Of a stretch of 64,000 nt of DNA, positions 49,701-64,000 are shown one piece after another. The position numbers and the translations under genes are program-made. Source of the DNA: Callorhinchus milii (lineage: Eukaryota); contig NW_024704742.1 in NCBI RefSeq assembly GCF_018977255.1, positions 91,080,001-91,144,000 of the forward strand, given 5' to 3'. Below the pieces are notes generated by a model that saw only the letters and a list, made by a program, of their open reading frames with translations, did no database searches and was not told where the DNA came from. Each line of letters starts with the position of its first letter. Within the stretch, counting starts at the first letter, position 1.

Positions 49701-51379
49701 TTAATATCATTCCACAATATCAACTGTTGGTGTTTGAATGTGTCACCGTACTGGACGTTCTCAAATATTAGGATAAGAGTTAGGATTGATAATATCAAAA
49801 GGATGAAACATTAAACTGAGGAATTTGTGGATGGCATATATCTGTGAATTGTATTGTATTTTGCACAAACTGAATGACATTTTCTAGTTTGGTCTCACAA
49901 GTTTAAGAATGTTTATTATAGTAACATTTCATGATGATTATTATTGATAATGAAAGTTTACACCTGGCTACGGGACACAATAATAGAGTGACGGATGCTA
50001 AGAAGGCAGCTCACCCACCTTGACCTGAACAGGGAACAGATGCTCTATTGTCACCAAAACAAAGTCCCAATTGCCTGAATTTGAAGGGTGGGTTAACACA
50101 ATAGGGTCAAGCTGAAAGGCTTCATCATGAAAATTTTATCAGCAACTTTCAGTATTATTGAAGGGAAGGTACCTACTTTCAGCCTGACCTGGAACCTGCT
50201 ATTCAAGGTACCGCTTGTCTGTATATCGCATCAATCCACAAGATATTAAGGGCACTCCAATTGAATTAACACCAAATCAAACCAGTGCACTTAACAATAC
50301 AAATGCACTTAAGGGATGCCTCAGAATGATTTGTGACTGAAAAGTTGAAGGAAAGAAGAGCGGGGAGAGTAAATCAGCTCATAGGATCCGAGTGGTATTT
50401 GGTGTGTCATATACAGGAAAAGCCATCAGTGAAATCTGAAATACCGGGAAGACACTTTGGAATTGCAAGTGCTCTCTTATACCTTACAGCAGGTCAGAAT
50501 GTAGTTTGTCCATTGGGTTTCTGAATGTATAAATAAATCACCAGCTTATTTCATTACTGACCTGCAACTTCCATTAAAATTGACAATGCTGTTCTTGTAT
50601 CGATGCAATTTACTACTTAGTGTGTTAAGGCAACCTTTTTAACACATTCTCATAACTTTTAGAACGGACTTTTTGAAATACATTTCTACCGACTAAATGA
50701 GCTGAATCGTCAGACTTGCTTGTGTAAAATACTGATCACTGCATTATTTTATTAAATGCTACTTGGATCCTGCACCCACCTTGGACCAACTTACCAAGAG
50801 TAAATAGCAAGTACATTGCAGTAAAATAAACAGGTTTATTCGGAAATGTGTGGATTTCTTTGTGCAATTATAGCAACTGAAGAAGAATGTAAAGGTTATG
50901 GGGAAAGAGCAAGGATATGATATTGGAGAAGTTAGCTCCAATGGAGGAGCAAGCACTAATTTAGGCTGGATGGTTCCAATGGCTTTTTCCCCATGCTGTA
51001 ATTTCTAACAGGACACATTTGGGCCATTCAAGCAACTCAGAGTCTGATATTTACAGTGCTATGGATGCTATAAATAAAGGAACGATGCTAGCATTTGTTC
51101 TGTATTAGGGACTATTAGTAGAGAAAAATGTCATAAACCTAACAACAGGTTCCATTGGAACCCCAACCAGCCCTTAACCCCATACCTTGTGACAAACAAC
51201 AACAATAATAATATTACATTTGAATAGCTCCTTTCACGTCGGGAGGATGTCCCAAGGCGCTGGACCATCAGTGTTTTGGTGAATTAACCCCATCATAACC
51301 AATGAATTAACCCCATCATACAATATACGCCATCTATAGTGGAGTAGATAATTATTTGGGGAGGATAAGTTTGCAGGGC

Positions 51380-51495
51380 TACGGGGAAAGAGTGAGGGAG
51401 TGGGATTGATTTGGATAGTTCTTCTCAAAGAGGCAGCACAGACACGATGGGCTGAATGGCCTCCTCTGTACTGTATAATTCTATGATTCTATGAA
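51380..51495 (+). mobile_element. CR1 3' UTR/tail
   Basis: cacagacacgatgggctgaatggcctcct...attctatgattctatga. Confidence 0.85.
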
Positions 51496-51513
51496 TACTG
51501 CGCAATTCAATGC

Positions 51514-52634
51514 AATACAAAATTACATTTCTTTAGCGCCTTTCATGTCGGGAGGACGTACCAAGGCGCTGAACAGTCAGGGATTTGGACCCAAGTAGTG
51601 GGGTTGGGATAAGGGAAGGTAGGAGGGTGGCCGAAGGCGTGGTCGAAGAAAAAGGTCTTGAGACATGCCTTGAAGAAGGCAAGGCAGGGAGCGAGGCAAA
51701 GGGAATGTGGGATGGAGTTCCAAAGGGTGGAGGCAGAGAGGCTGAAGGCCCATCCGCTGATGGTGGGGGGGCAGGGCGGGGGGCATGGAGCAGGCCGCAG
51801 CCTGCTGAGTGGAGGGAGTGGACAGGTTGATTTGGGGTTAGCAGGTCACAGATGTAGGGAGGGGCAAGGCTATGGAGGGCTTTTTGTGTGTCTTTGTTTC
51901 TCCGTTTTTGTGTCTGGGTTCCTGCCTATGTGTGTGTCTGGATTCCTGGCTGTGTATCTATTTTCCTGACTGTATGTTGAAGGTGAGGATGAGGATTTTA
52001 AGAGGGATCAGGAGCCAGTGGAGGGTAGGAGTGATAGGGTCACAGAGCCTGGTGCAGGAGAGGACATGATCTGCAGCTTGTGGAAGGAAGAGTTGGGAAG
52101 GTAGAGAAGCAGGGAATTGGCGAGATCGATCCTAAATGTGATGAATGCGTGGATGATGCTTTTGGCGACTTGAGCGGCTAGGCAATGGTGGAGCTGGGCG
52201 ATGTTGCGGAGGTGGGGGAAGGCAGAGCAGGTCATGGGACGGTTGTGGGGTAGAGAGGATAGTTGAGGGTCAAACAAGACCCCAAGGTTCCGGACTAGCC
52301 TCGTAAGGTGGAGTGTGTATCCTTGGATAGTGATGCTGTCAGCATCTGAGGTGTAGAGGCATTGACGGGAGACAATCAGTTGGGTCTCGGTCTTGTTGAA
52401 GTTTAAATGAAGAACGTTAGCTCTCATCCAGGACTTGATGTCCGACAGACATTCTGTCAGGACAGTAGTGGTCCTGTAGTCGAGAGTGGAGGCAGAGAGG
52501 TAGAGTAGCGTGTCATCCACATACATGCGGAAGTTGACCCCATGTCTGTGGATGATGTCTCCAAGCATGAGTATGTAAAAGTTGAAGAGGAGGGGACCAA
52601 GGACAGCGCCCTGATGAACACCACGCAAGACTTT
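51514..52634 (-). mobile_element. L2 LINE fragment carrying reverse-transcriptase motifs (pseudogenised)
   Basis: ORF 52008-52628 has [39 protein letters not shown] and [10 protein letters not shown]2 tail at 51514. A ~95-bp TG-rich insert lies at about 51880-51975. Confidence 0.95.
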
Positions 52635-52981
52635 GATTGGAGGTTTCTTTAATTATAGGATCAAATGGTCTTAGAGCCTAAGACCAAGGGAATTTGATGC
52701 CTCTGAACTCCTAACAATTGCACATGGTGATGATGGACAGGTATGGAGCTGGTGGTCCAAGCCTCTAAACTGATTACCAAGAGTTAATTTTGAGGCCTCG
52801 GAGAGGTTAGCTTCCAGCTCCCCTTGGCGGAAAAACCCTAGGAAAGCAAAATTAAACATAAAACTTACATCCCAATATAGTGCCTAGAATTTACAAAAAA
52901 CATAAAAACATCATCTTTGGGGGTAAAAACAACAATGGCGGCACTAAGGGCCTGACTGGAGCAGAGAACCTACCTGGACAA

Positions 52982-53000
52982 GGGCACCACCTGCTGGTGC
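52982..53000 (-). promoter_or_regulatory. Candidate CTCF binding site
   Basis: Minus strand GCACCAGCAGGTGGTGCCC fits the CCASYAGRKGGCRS core with one mismatch. Confidence 0.4.
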
Positions 53001-55369
53001 TCATAAAAGCGTTCCTTAAATAAGGAATTGACACCTTTTAGTGTATAAATCAAAATGAAGGCAGCTCTATTTCTGGATACCTCCATTTACAGTTTGTGAA
53101 AGATGTTTGAAGTAGTCCTAATATATAATGAGTTACCATTATAGTAGGTGCACCTGCACGCAAACTCAATCATCTGAATGCAGCATTGCACTGCAGGATC
53201 TTGTACCAGAGCACTATGCTTTTGTAGAGTATGAGAAGCACTCCGATTCACAGGTTATTGAGTTATGAAAGAACAATGTAGGTCATTGACCTCTAAGTGA
53301 GCTCTCCTCTTTAGACGATGCGCGAAGGGATTAGATTGTAGAGGGACTAGTGTTCAATAGCTGATCAAATTCTGTACAGGTCTCAATACACCCTGTTGGA
53401 TCATTGGATTTTAAAGGGCCCAAATGTTACGCACTGTAGGTTGTTATATTCTAAGGAAACCATACTATGGCAGGACACTGAGTTGTGAAGGAGCCTTGCT
53501 ATACCCTGAATTTTTGCAGTACTGAGCTTTGAGTTAACCTGAAGGGTCATATAACTAAGTTCATTGTAATAAACTTTTATACATTAAAATATTTGAGTTT
53601 ATTTAAGGAATAAAATTAACGAAGATGTGTTTAATGTTCTTAATATTCAATTAATTATATGATATGGTGTATTCAATATGATGCAGTCCATTTACTGCAC
53701 ATCTACATATCGGTTAAGTGTGCACAATAGCAAGCAGAGCTACACATAAATATTTGGAAAGCTGCTGTTTTCTATTGACAATAATTACCTTTTGATGAAC
53801 CCATAGGTTTAGTTACCATTTTGATGAACCCGTAGCCTTGGATCTGAAATAGACATTGAATAGGATTCCAGTTGCATTAGTGAGATGAGAGATATGATTC
53901 AGCTGTGAGTTACATACACATTTAACACTGAGTTCTAGTTATTATTGTGTATAAATAGAACAAGTTCCACATTTAGTGTTGTTTATATTGAACAGTTGCA
54001 GTGCTAATACTTTTAATGGTTAATATCAAATAGATTATATATCCTTCAGAGTTAAAAGTATGTTTAGGGTCATGTTAACAGAGACACACTTTCTTAGAAA
54101 TCAATAGGGAAACATTTTGACTTTTGGAAAAATGGCACTTTAGTGGAGTGAACACTTCAGTGAGTTTACAGAATATCCTCTAGATATGTTACATACAGTA
54201 TGTTAGTATAGTTTACAAGATGTAAAGAACACTGATCCTTTACAAAGGTTAAACTAACAGAAACTTGGTTTGTTACACCAGCTCAGAAAGGTCACTACAG
54301 ATTGCTGACTTGATTTTAAGCCGATTGTTAAAGTTTTCTGCTGCACCCAATTTATCTGTAATGGAACGTCATGTTTTGAGCCTGAGAACAGGATATATTA
54401 ATGGTTTCTGTATTGTGTCTGACAACTTCAGAAGTCGAGCAGGAGGTGAGAAAAGGATTACAGGCCCATCTAGACTTATCTCAGAATACATAGTGCTGAA
54501 GCCATGGTAGGCAGGATCTGTGTGATCAAGCAGGAAATAGGAAACAGAGTTCTGATGACTTTTCCGACAGGTTTGTGGCAAATATGCACTTCAAGAGACA
54601 TGATGTGAGCTTATGTAGCCATTCTGTCCCTCTGTGTATTAACGTCTAAGAACACACTATCTTCAACAAATTCAGCTAAACTGATCAAATTTGAAACATT
54701 TCATCTAAGTCACTGTCACTTGGAGACTATTTATTCCAAAGGATGCACTTCAAATAGGGGGAAAAGAAAAGAGTTTTCAATTTGCATTAATGCTGCAGCG
54801 CCTTTTCCCAACAATCTAAGTGTCAGTTTATGGACCATATCAGAGGTTCAAGATGAACCAGCCAGGGATTTCCCTGCAGAGCCGAAATGTCTCTAAGAGC
54901 AGAGATGTTGATAAATGGAATTTAAAATACAAAATTAAAATGATTGGGATTAATTATAGGAATAATCCTTGCATTTGATATAGCGCCTCGTCATGTTGTT
55001 GAGACGTCTCAAAGCGCTTCACATAATACATTGTAAAGTAAATTGACTGCGTTTTGTGGGCAAAATGCTGCGGCCAATTGTGCACAGTTAATTAAACATT
55101 TTATCTATATTCCAGAAGAGGCTGATAGTGCATCGTTCTGCACATGTGAACCATTTTTGTTGGAAAACATGTAGTTCAGTCAAAGATATTGTTTTTTACT
55201 TTCTGAACAGATTAATGATTACATATGATAAGACACATTGCAGAACTTAGAAATAAGAGGTGGAATGACCTCATATGTATCACATTTATGTGCAAGTATA
55301 TTTATTTAATAATATTATTTAATAATATATAGTGCCATTAGATGTTAACAATAATAAAATGATATAAGT

Positions 55370-55735
55370 AATAATAATTATTGTCATCATCTTTGCACTT
55401 GATACTTTACCTGTAACGTCAAAACATCACAAAGAATATGACAGATAATTGCTGTAAATTGAAGTGACTACACATTTTGCAGGCAAAATCAGCAACCAAT
55501 TTGCACACAGAAATGTCCTGCAAACAGCCATGAAGTGAACGATCAATTTTATTTAGGGTTTGTGGTTAGGACACCAGGAGAAACTTGCTTCTTTTTTTGA
55601 ATAGTGCCATTAGATGTTTAAAATGTACAAATTCAGAGCACTCCCAACACTGTATTCCAGTGCCAGCCCAGGCTGTGAGCTCAAATGCCCAACCTGGGGT
55701 TTGAGTTGAGAGTGCTACCAACTGAGCTAAGCTTA
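55370..55735 (-). mobile_element. Deu-type SINE with internal deletions
   Basis: gaatagtgccattagatgtt; head gagagtgctaccaactgagctaagct. Confidence 0.75.
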
Positions 55736-56314
55736 TGCCTTAAAATACTACATAATGGAATCGAAAACAGTGGGGTCACGCATATAAAGTAATGCACTAC
55801 GCACAGCAACACTGCACATAATAACAGGAAATAAATGATACGGCTGGCACTGAAGTTTTCTGTCTGGGGCCATTTATTTCCTAACACTGCTGATCTCATG
55901 TGCTATATCTGCACCAAGCAAACAAACCACTTCGTGCTGTGAAAGGCATCTCTGAAATCACTGCTGCTGAAAGATGCCATGGTAGAGAAGCTGAGGCCAA
56001 TGGTACGGTTCAATTGCCCAGGCTGAGCTACATTCAACCTTGCAGTCACATTACATTGCAGTCTTAATGCAGTCTCACTGCAGTCACTGTGCAGTCACAT
56101 GGCAGTTTCGGTGCAATGCTGCTGCAGACCTCCCACACGCAGGTGTTAACCTCAACTAGTGTTAGCCTCACAGGTCAGCATGTCACAGGCACTGCTTTAC
56201 TGCCAACTGTTGTTAGCTATGGATCTTCCTGTACATCTGTTGCCTGGCATTCAGCCTATACCCTCCCTCAATGTCACTCTCCACTGCAGAGCTCTAAAAC
56301 AACTTGCATGCATA

Positions 56315-56570
56315 CAATACAAATTTATGTTATACACTGACTTTCACGTTGGGAGAACGTTCCAAGGCTTTGGACAGTCCAGAGTTTGCATCAAGCTGGT
56401 GGTGGGGGGTGAGGGGGGGATAAGACATCCAAAAGTGCAGGCAAAAAGGAAGGTCTCGAGGCGGAACTTGAAGGAGGCGAGGGAAGTGGAATGGACTTGG
56501 GATGGAGTTCCAGAGAGCAGGGGCAGATTCGCTGAAAGCCGACCTCCAACAGTGGGGTTGGCAACATGAA
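56315..56570 (-). mobile_element. L2 3' fragment
   Basis: Translates to SAFSESAPALWNSIPS; L2 tail present. Confidence 0.8.
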
Positions 56571-57219
56571 GCAGGATGGTGCTTGTTGAGCAGAGGGAGC
56601 AGCGGGTTGGTAGGATTTAACAGCATCTTAAACAGCTCAAAACACAATCACGCTCCAGGCACTAGCGTTATTAATCTTCTCGTTACAATTTTAGAATAAT
56701 AAAATTTTTCAGCACAGTAGAAGCCATTTCGTCTCATCGTGCATGTGACAGCTCTATGCGCGAGTTAACTGCGTTGTCTCACTACTCTGTGGAAAACTAC
56801 AAGTATTAATGAATGTGATAGACACCCACAGCCTTTTCTCCCAGGTCTCTCTCTCCTTCACTTTCCTGAGCTGTTGCTGTCTTATCAAGGCTGTAAATAT
56901 TTTGAAGGATTATTGCAAACATCAGTGCTAAATGGCACCTGCATTGAAGTCAGGCCCCATTGACATTAGAAACAAATAATGCTACATTTTTAACACTGAT
57001 AGTGGAATATAAGACATGGCTGGACTCGACTGCCTTCAGCAGGGAATTCATTCAGTCTCTGTTTTCTGCTGTATTTGCCAGAGGCATGTTTTAACGGAGT
57101 TGGAATCAGGAGTTAAGTTAAAGCCCTCTCTAACAGTAACAGACAGTTTCCCGCTGTTGATTGTGCACTCGCCAGGGCCACTAAAATTAGCAGAATATTT
57201 TCCTTTCCGTATCTGTAAT

Positions 57220-57530
57220 TGGTTGAAGAGGAAAGTCTTCAGGTGTGATTTGAGCAAAGAGGGGACAAGACAGAAGGATTAAGGCAAGGAGTCCAGAGAT
57301 TCGGCAAATAGTGGCTGAAAGCATGGCTGCCAATGGTGGAGCGAAGGGGTCCAGGGACGTGAAGCAGATCAATGCCAGCTAGGGTCGTGGCTAAAGGAGG
57401 TAAAGTAAGGTTTGGGAGTCATCTGCATATATGTAGAAGTTGACTCCATGTCTACAGATGACATCACTGAGAGGGAGCATGTAAAATGAGAAAGAGGAAG
57501 GGGCAATGGATGGAGCCTCAACTACACCTT
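57220..57530 (-). mobile_element. Degenerate L2 fragments (RT core and 3' part)
   Basis: Translates to FYMLPLSDVICRHGVNFYIYADD and LKSHLKTFLF. Confidence 0.8.
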
Positions 57531-58842
57531 GGTTAATGGTTTGAGCGGGGGTGTGGGGTGTGGGGAGATTGCAAGCGCACAGGCTTGTAAGTGGGGTGGC
57601 AGGCATCGGCCAGGAGCCCAGGTGTCTGCACCCCTCCACAGTTGTTGTGTTGTTGTGTGACTGACCTTGTGCAAATGTCTTTTTGTGTCTGTATCTGCCT
57701 CACTTGGGGTGGGGTGGGGGGTGCATGCTACAATATGTTAAACAAATCAGTAAAAGTGGTTTGATGGAGTGACTAGTGACAACCATCGTGTCACACGCTG
57801 CCCTTTACACTCAAGAAATTGTAGAAAGTTTACAGCACCGAAGGAGGTCATTTGACTCTACCAACTCTGACCAGTTCCATGCCCCTCATGCGCTCTGCCC
57901 AACCATTGCCAGATGAGCTTTTAAACACTTTACCCCCACTGCAATTCTCTTCTGTAATCCCTCACTTTGCCCTTTTTTCTCTGCTTTCAAAACCTGTCTG
58001 AAGACCCAGCTCTTTGCTGTACTTTCAACCATTTCCCTTTACCTCGCCTCCCCCACCTCCCTCACAGCTTATGTTCCCACTCCATTTTTGTAAACCTTCT
58101 CCCTACATGAAAGATGTTATACAAGGTCAAGCTGTTGTTGCTTCACCAGCTAGCAACCTAAAAGAAAATCTACGGAAAAAGCTAACTCCACTGTTCCGTG
58201 AACATCATTCAGTCACTGGTCTGAAAAAATGAACCTTGCTGAAAATAGGAGCAATCTTGTGACTGTAAAGAAAATCATATGGTATATATTATATAATAAA
58301 TACCAGCAGGTGAGTTCAAGGCTGTAACCTAATCTCAGAGACTGAACCACACTCATAAAGCACTGAAGCTTGGCTCTGCTTGGGGCACTGTGTTTGGTTC
58401 TTTGACCGTTCACAGCAGGCTTTGGTTCCTCAGGGTCTTAGCTTTGCTTTGAACACCTGATCCAATCCAGGAACCCATAAGGTGAGCTTTGGCTTCAATG
58501 CAATTTGATTGACCCAAAGCTGAATTTCAAACTACAACCTCAAGGGCACGATCTCTAGCCTGGCAGTTAATAGCATTGTATGAACTTCTAAATTAGGACA
58601 TGCTGCTAAAACTCCAGCTGCTGTCTTACGTACAGGGCAAGATGTGGATTTTATTTAAAAAATACATTTAAAAAATAAACACTAAAAATCATTGATCCTG
58701 ACAACCAATGTGGCCACTGAACGATGGGAAGCAAGAACATCTTATAAGATATTAACCAAATTTATTCTAATTACAGGTTGTCAGACTGTTAGGACATCAA
58801 TTGTTCTAATGAAGAGTTTGATTCCTCTCAAGCACGGTGATG

Positions 58843-59200
58843 GGTGTCCCGCTGCATAGTGGTTAGCGCACTCGCCTCACAAGCGAGAGGATCCGGGTTC
58901 AATTCCTGAGCGGGGCGAAATCTTAGACAAGTTTCCTTATTCCACATGCCTGTTTACCTAGCAGTAAATAGGAACCTGGTTGTTAGTCAATTAGTGGATC
59001 ATTTTCTTGAAGTAATAATCCTGCAAAAAACATTTGATCACACAATCCACGACTGTTTGTGGGACACTCCTGTGCACAATTGGCTGCTGAATTTCATTCA
59101 CAAGACACAGTCAATCCACTTGACAATATATCCCGTGAAGCACTTTGAGACATGTCAACAATGTGATAAGGCGCTACATCAAACGCAAGGATTATTATTA
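58843..59200 (+). mobile_element. Full-length family A SINE with a tRNA-Val-like head
   Basis: tagtggttagcgcactcgcctCACaagcgagaggatccgggttcaattcc has A/B boxes and an anticodon stem CTCGC/GCGAG. Confidence 0.9.
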
Positions 59201-60225
59201 TTTTATTTTTTTTAAAAAAGGAAGAAGCAGTTGTTTTTAGTTCAATAAGCACTTGATAGATACCATTGCACTTCTTGCTTGACACCCTCTTAATTATTGT
59301 TGTGATCCATAGTGGCACAACATTGAGATTTTTGGGAGGTGAGTTTACAGTGTGACAGGGTTCAAGGCTAGCTGGACTACTTAAGTAAAACTGCTAATTG
59401 GATTACATCTTTTAGGGCACATTTCCTTACACTTGCTATTAATTAGTCGCAGGTTCTATCATGGTCTGCGCAGTGTTAGCTGATGTCACTCAAGTCCAGC
59501 ATTCCAGTTCCTCTTCGCTCACCATCAGCCTCGATGCTTTCAATGCTCAGGTGCCGATCCCTTTTGAACAATTTCATTGCTTCAGCTTCAATAGCCAATT
59601 GTGGTAATGAATTTAAAACACTGATAACTCTCGGTGAGACAAAACTCCTTCTAAGCTTTCTCCTATTTTTGTGCTAACAATGCTTAGACGATGCCCACAT
59701 TCTCAAATATTCCCAACTAAAGGAAATAGGTTTTAATAATAATAATAGTCCTTGCATTTGATATAGCGCCTTATCACGTCTTTGAGATGTCTCAAAGCGC
59801 TTCACAGAATATACTGTAAAGTGAATTGACTGTATATTTATGTGGGTGAAATAAATAAATGGGATTTCCCTATTTATCCTGCATTGTCGCTGCAGTACCT
59901 CAAACACCTCTATCACATTACCTCCCAAGGTCTTCTGCTGCAGTGAAAGATCTAATATACATACTGTCTCATACCTGTATCATCCATATCTATGACTTCC
60001 ATTCTGTAATGTAAAACAGACAGGTACTGTGGTACCATCACCAGGATCAACACGTTCAGGGAAGGAGGGGAGAAGAGGTTAACATGTCAGGATGCTAAAA
60101 CTTGAAAACGTGTACAGGATTGCACATCTCACCCAAATCCAAGCGTTAGCTGAAAGCAAACTGAAAAAGTGCAGTGTGGTTTGAAAAAGATAAAGCCTGA
60201 CTGGAACTAAAAGCAAACACTAGGG

Positions 60226-60385
<160 letters not shown>

Positions 60386-61589
60386 GTGGCCCCTATGGGA
60401 AGATCTAAAAGGCGGCTTGGGTACATTAGTGTTAAATGGAGTGCATAACACAATCCCATATGACAATGCTACCACTTTTAAAGTGTACTTAACAGGACGG
60501 TTTTTACTTGACTCTCTGAACAGGATTGTAGGAACATTAACAGATGCAAACAGGTAAGAATAGTACTATGTCAATAGCGTTTAACAGAGCGGTCCACGCA
60601 AAAAAAGACAATAAATACAGGATATCCTACAGAGTACAGACAAATCTCCAGATCATCTCATGAGTGTGAAAGGCAGAATAACTTATCCGAGAGACTATGT
60701 TTGCATGGCTCCCTGTGGGATCGGGGTGACCTTTCCCTCTCTCCCTCCTTCGTAATAAATAAATCTGTGGTGGTGCTAGTCTTGGGGTTACTGTCTGAGC
60801 TGTTAATAATAATAATCTTTGCATGTGAAATAGCATCTTATCATGTTTTCGAGACATCTCAAAGCGTTTCACAGAATATACTGTAAAGCAAATTGACTGT
60901 ATATTTTGTGGGTGAAACTCAGCAATCAATTGCGCACAGCAATTTTAAATCAGTGACTTCATTTACCAGTGTTGCCAAAACATGTTTTTCTATGGAAATC
61001 CTTTTTTGTTCTTTTTAATATAAGAAATACAGTCGGTTGGTTATTGAGTTTTCAGAAAGAAGGTGGGTATCTTGAATGTGCTTGTAAGGTAGTTTGAGAA
61101 GAAGTCTTGGCACCAAAATTGGTAATTCACTTTGTGGTTGTTTTTGTGTGACCTTGCCTCCACAGCCACCTACAAAATACACGGTCACTACACTCCACAC
61201 TAATCCTGTGAAGGCTTTGAGATGTTTTGATGACATTTTTTGGTTAGCTGGCCGTCTGACACATGTGGACACCCATCACCATGCTTGAGAGGAATCAAAC
61301 TTGACAGAGTTCCACATATGTATACCATTTACACATGGGAAACTTTGATACCACGATAAAGGCTATATTGAATGGAAGGATTATAAGGATTATATAAAAT
61401 CTGCTATTCAGCTGAATTCCAGGCTGAGCATCAAGATTACACCCAAAAGCTTTGGCTCCTGACTAAAACTCAGGACTTTGAATTTACAATCTGGGCTGAC
61501 ACTCGATGCCCACAAAATACACAGTCAATCCACTTTACAATATATTTTGTTAAGTGCTTTGAGACATTTCAACAATATGATAAGGCACT

Positions 61590-62225
61590 GTGGAGTCCTG
61601 TAGCTCAGTGGTTAGAGCGCTTGTCTTGCAATTGAGTGACTAGGTTCAATTCCTGTCAGGGTGAAACGTTGAGCAAGTTTCCTTACTCCACAATCTTCTT
61701 GGAACTCCATCCCCCAGTGCCTTCGCCTTGCTTCCTCCCTTTTCTCCTTCAAGGCCGGTCTCAAGACCTTTCTCTTTGATCGTGCCTTCAGCTCCCCTCT
61801 CGACTCTCTACCCCCTCCTCGTTCCCTCCCTTCCCTCCCCTCACCCTGACCATTTCCCCCCTGCTCGGGTCCTGACCCAACTGTCCAGGGCCTTGGGACG
61901 TCCTCCTGATGTGAAAGGCGCTCTATAAATGAAATCTTGTTGTTGTTCTGTTTACCTAGCAGTAAATAGGAACCCGGTTGTTAGTCGATTGGCGAATTGC
62001 TTTTCCAGGGGTAATAATTCCTTCAAAAATAATAATTTGGTCACTCAATCCACGAGTGTTTGTGGGACACTGCTGTGTGTGATTGCCTGCTGCATTTTGC
62101 CGACAAAATATACAGTCAATTTACTTTACAGGGAAGCACTTTGAGACGTCTCGAAGACGTGATAATGTGCTATATCAAACGCGAGTATTATTATTATAGC
62201 AAATGCAAAGATTATTATTATTATT
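61590..62225 (+). mobile_element. Family A SINE with a nested L2 3' fragment (61694-61947) and a duplicated tail
   Basis: Head tagctcagtggttagagc...ggttcaattcc; the L2 insert closely matches 14543-14786; the SINE resumes at ctgtttacctagcag. Confidence 0.9.
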
Positions 62226-64000
62226 ATTCGGCATCTGACACAGTCGCTATGAAGAGCACCGAGATATCCTACATGAAGGGAAGTATATAAATGCAAATTG
62301 TTGTTATACTGGTACAGATATGGAGAGGAATAAACAGATGCTGAACACCATTATATTACAAATGTAACTTTGCATTAACAGTTGAGTTCCATCAAATTCA
62401 TCACAATTATGAATACTTCGCATTTCACATCAAATACTTTAGATTTTCCCAAAATAACAGCAGGGGAAATTTTGAAATTGCACCTTGAGTTATTGTTACT
62501 GTCGCTTTAGATGAGACCAACTTGAAAATGCTCTCTATACATTGTTTCAATCTGCATTGCAATCTCTGTGTGACTGCCCTCTGACAGACTGTTGCAGATG
62601 ATACTCATCAGCTTGATAAAATGGATGAAACATGACAGGGGAGGTCAGCAGTAACAGAAAATAACATGTAATTCAATTTTAAAAAACAGACTAATGTAAG
62701 ATACCTGGATAATTTTCCACATATCACCAGCAATGATTATGTGTATTCTATCAAGCAGCCATTCACATTTTGCAAAGTGAGACTTCACTGATCCCAAACT
62801 AAATGCCACTTCATATTTTTAGTTTTTTTTTAAAAATGTTTCCATTTATCTGTTGTGGTGATGGTACAGGTTTTCTTCTTCCAAACAGAAATTCTCTTTC
62901 TTAAAAGAAAATAGTTTCTGATTTCTGGACATCACCCATTCCAACGTAACAAAAAAAACTTGCAATTTTGTGTTTATTAATAATAATAATGATTGTGTTT
63001 GATATAGCACCTCATCAAGTCGTTAAGACATCTCAAAGTGCTTCATAGAACATTGTTAAGTGGATAGACTGTGTATTTGTGTGCAAAATATATATATGTA
63101 CTATAATTTAAGATTCAGGATTTGAATCGTTCTAATTGATTATGTTTTATACAAAATATACACTGAAATCTTAAACAGAATTGTTTAATAAGCCAAAATA
63201 TATAGTCACTTCACTTTACAGTATATTCTGTGAAGTGTTTTGAGACATCTCAATAACATGATAAGGCATTATATCAAATGCAAGATTATTATTACGGTTC
63301 CGTTTTTAAGAATGCTCTCATAAGAACTCGTGAGAAGATTTTATAAACCAGTTAATTTCTTTCTCTTTTTTGCACCAACAAAAAAATTATTCTTCCAACT
63401 CAAACCACTGGAGTGGCTTAAAAGATCATCCTTATTAACATGAAGTGTCCAATCAATGTAAGACATACTGTAAGTTTTCCATATCAGATCACTTGGCTAC
63501 AATTTGATCAACCACAAACATATTTCAGGAAATCTTGAGGCATTGTTTCCCTGAAACATTCTCAAATCAGTATTTCTATAGGACTCAAGGAATATATTGT
63601 GAATGAAACACGAGACAGCGAAGTGCCAAACTAGAATGGGTGATTCAGTACGTTGATGAAAAAAAAATGATGAAAACTGCTGATGCAAAGAAAAATGAAG
63701 CTGATAATGCTGGTTTAGTGATTTATTGTGACCACATTTAGTGGCACCATTTGGTGGAACTATGTCGTGGCTTGACCTTAATGCTATCTCTGTGACAGAA
63801 AAAAAGGAAGCAGGATAAAAAATTGTATTGATTTGCTGATGGGTGCAAGTTAGAAGTATGAAAGCAATGAGTTCATTGATGCAACATGAAAGGAGAAGCA
63901 CATTAAGAAAATTGTCTTAGTGTTAAGAAATTCTCATGGATCAGAAGAAAGCTTTTTCATTTTGTGAGTATCAGAGTGGGTTACAGACAAGTACAAACAC

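Noticed and set aside
52008..52628. 206-aa ORF as a functional reverse transcriptase gene
   Set aside because: It is a truncated L2 fragment with substituted motifs and deletions, and has no endonuclease domain.
58843..58920. tRNA-Val gene
   Set aside because: It continues directly into a SINE body, the acceptor stem is poor, and sibling copies vary at the anticodon.

Overview
This is eukaryotic, repeat-dense, non-coding DNA, either a large intron or intergenic sequence. The repeat families resemble those I know from cartilaginous fishes, possibly a chimaera; this is inferred from recalled repeat consensus patterns, not from a search. I found no intact host protein-coding gene, rRNA, functional tRNA or CRISPR array, and most ORF-track entries are chance or repeat-derived. 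The window contains at least three SINE families (about 35 copies or fragments), many L2 and CR1 LINE 3' fragments, and a Tx1/L1-clade ORF2 remnant. It also has a decayed PIF/Harbinger transposase (1090-1740), an internally deleted mariner-like element (49174-49364), and a 987-bp solo LTR with a GTAT target-site duplication (33830-34816). A Penelope-type inverted element at 41248-41483 carries a minimal hammerhead-ribozyme-like core. Other structure includes several large foldbacks, a perfect (ACTA)40 tract, an unclassified ~210-bp dispersed repeat, and repeat-poor islands that may be regulatory. I see no clear novel multi-gene system. The best leads are the hammerhead hairpin, the foldbacks, a possible L2 insertion hotspot inside one SINE family, a duplicated 32-bp stem-loop, and an unexplained ~190-codon near-open frame followed by a hairpin. 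Repeat boundaries are approximate unless a TSD or TIR is quoted.
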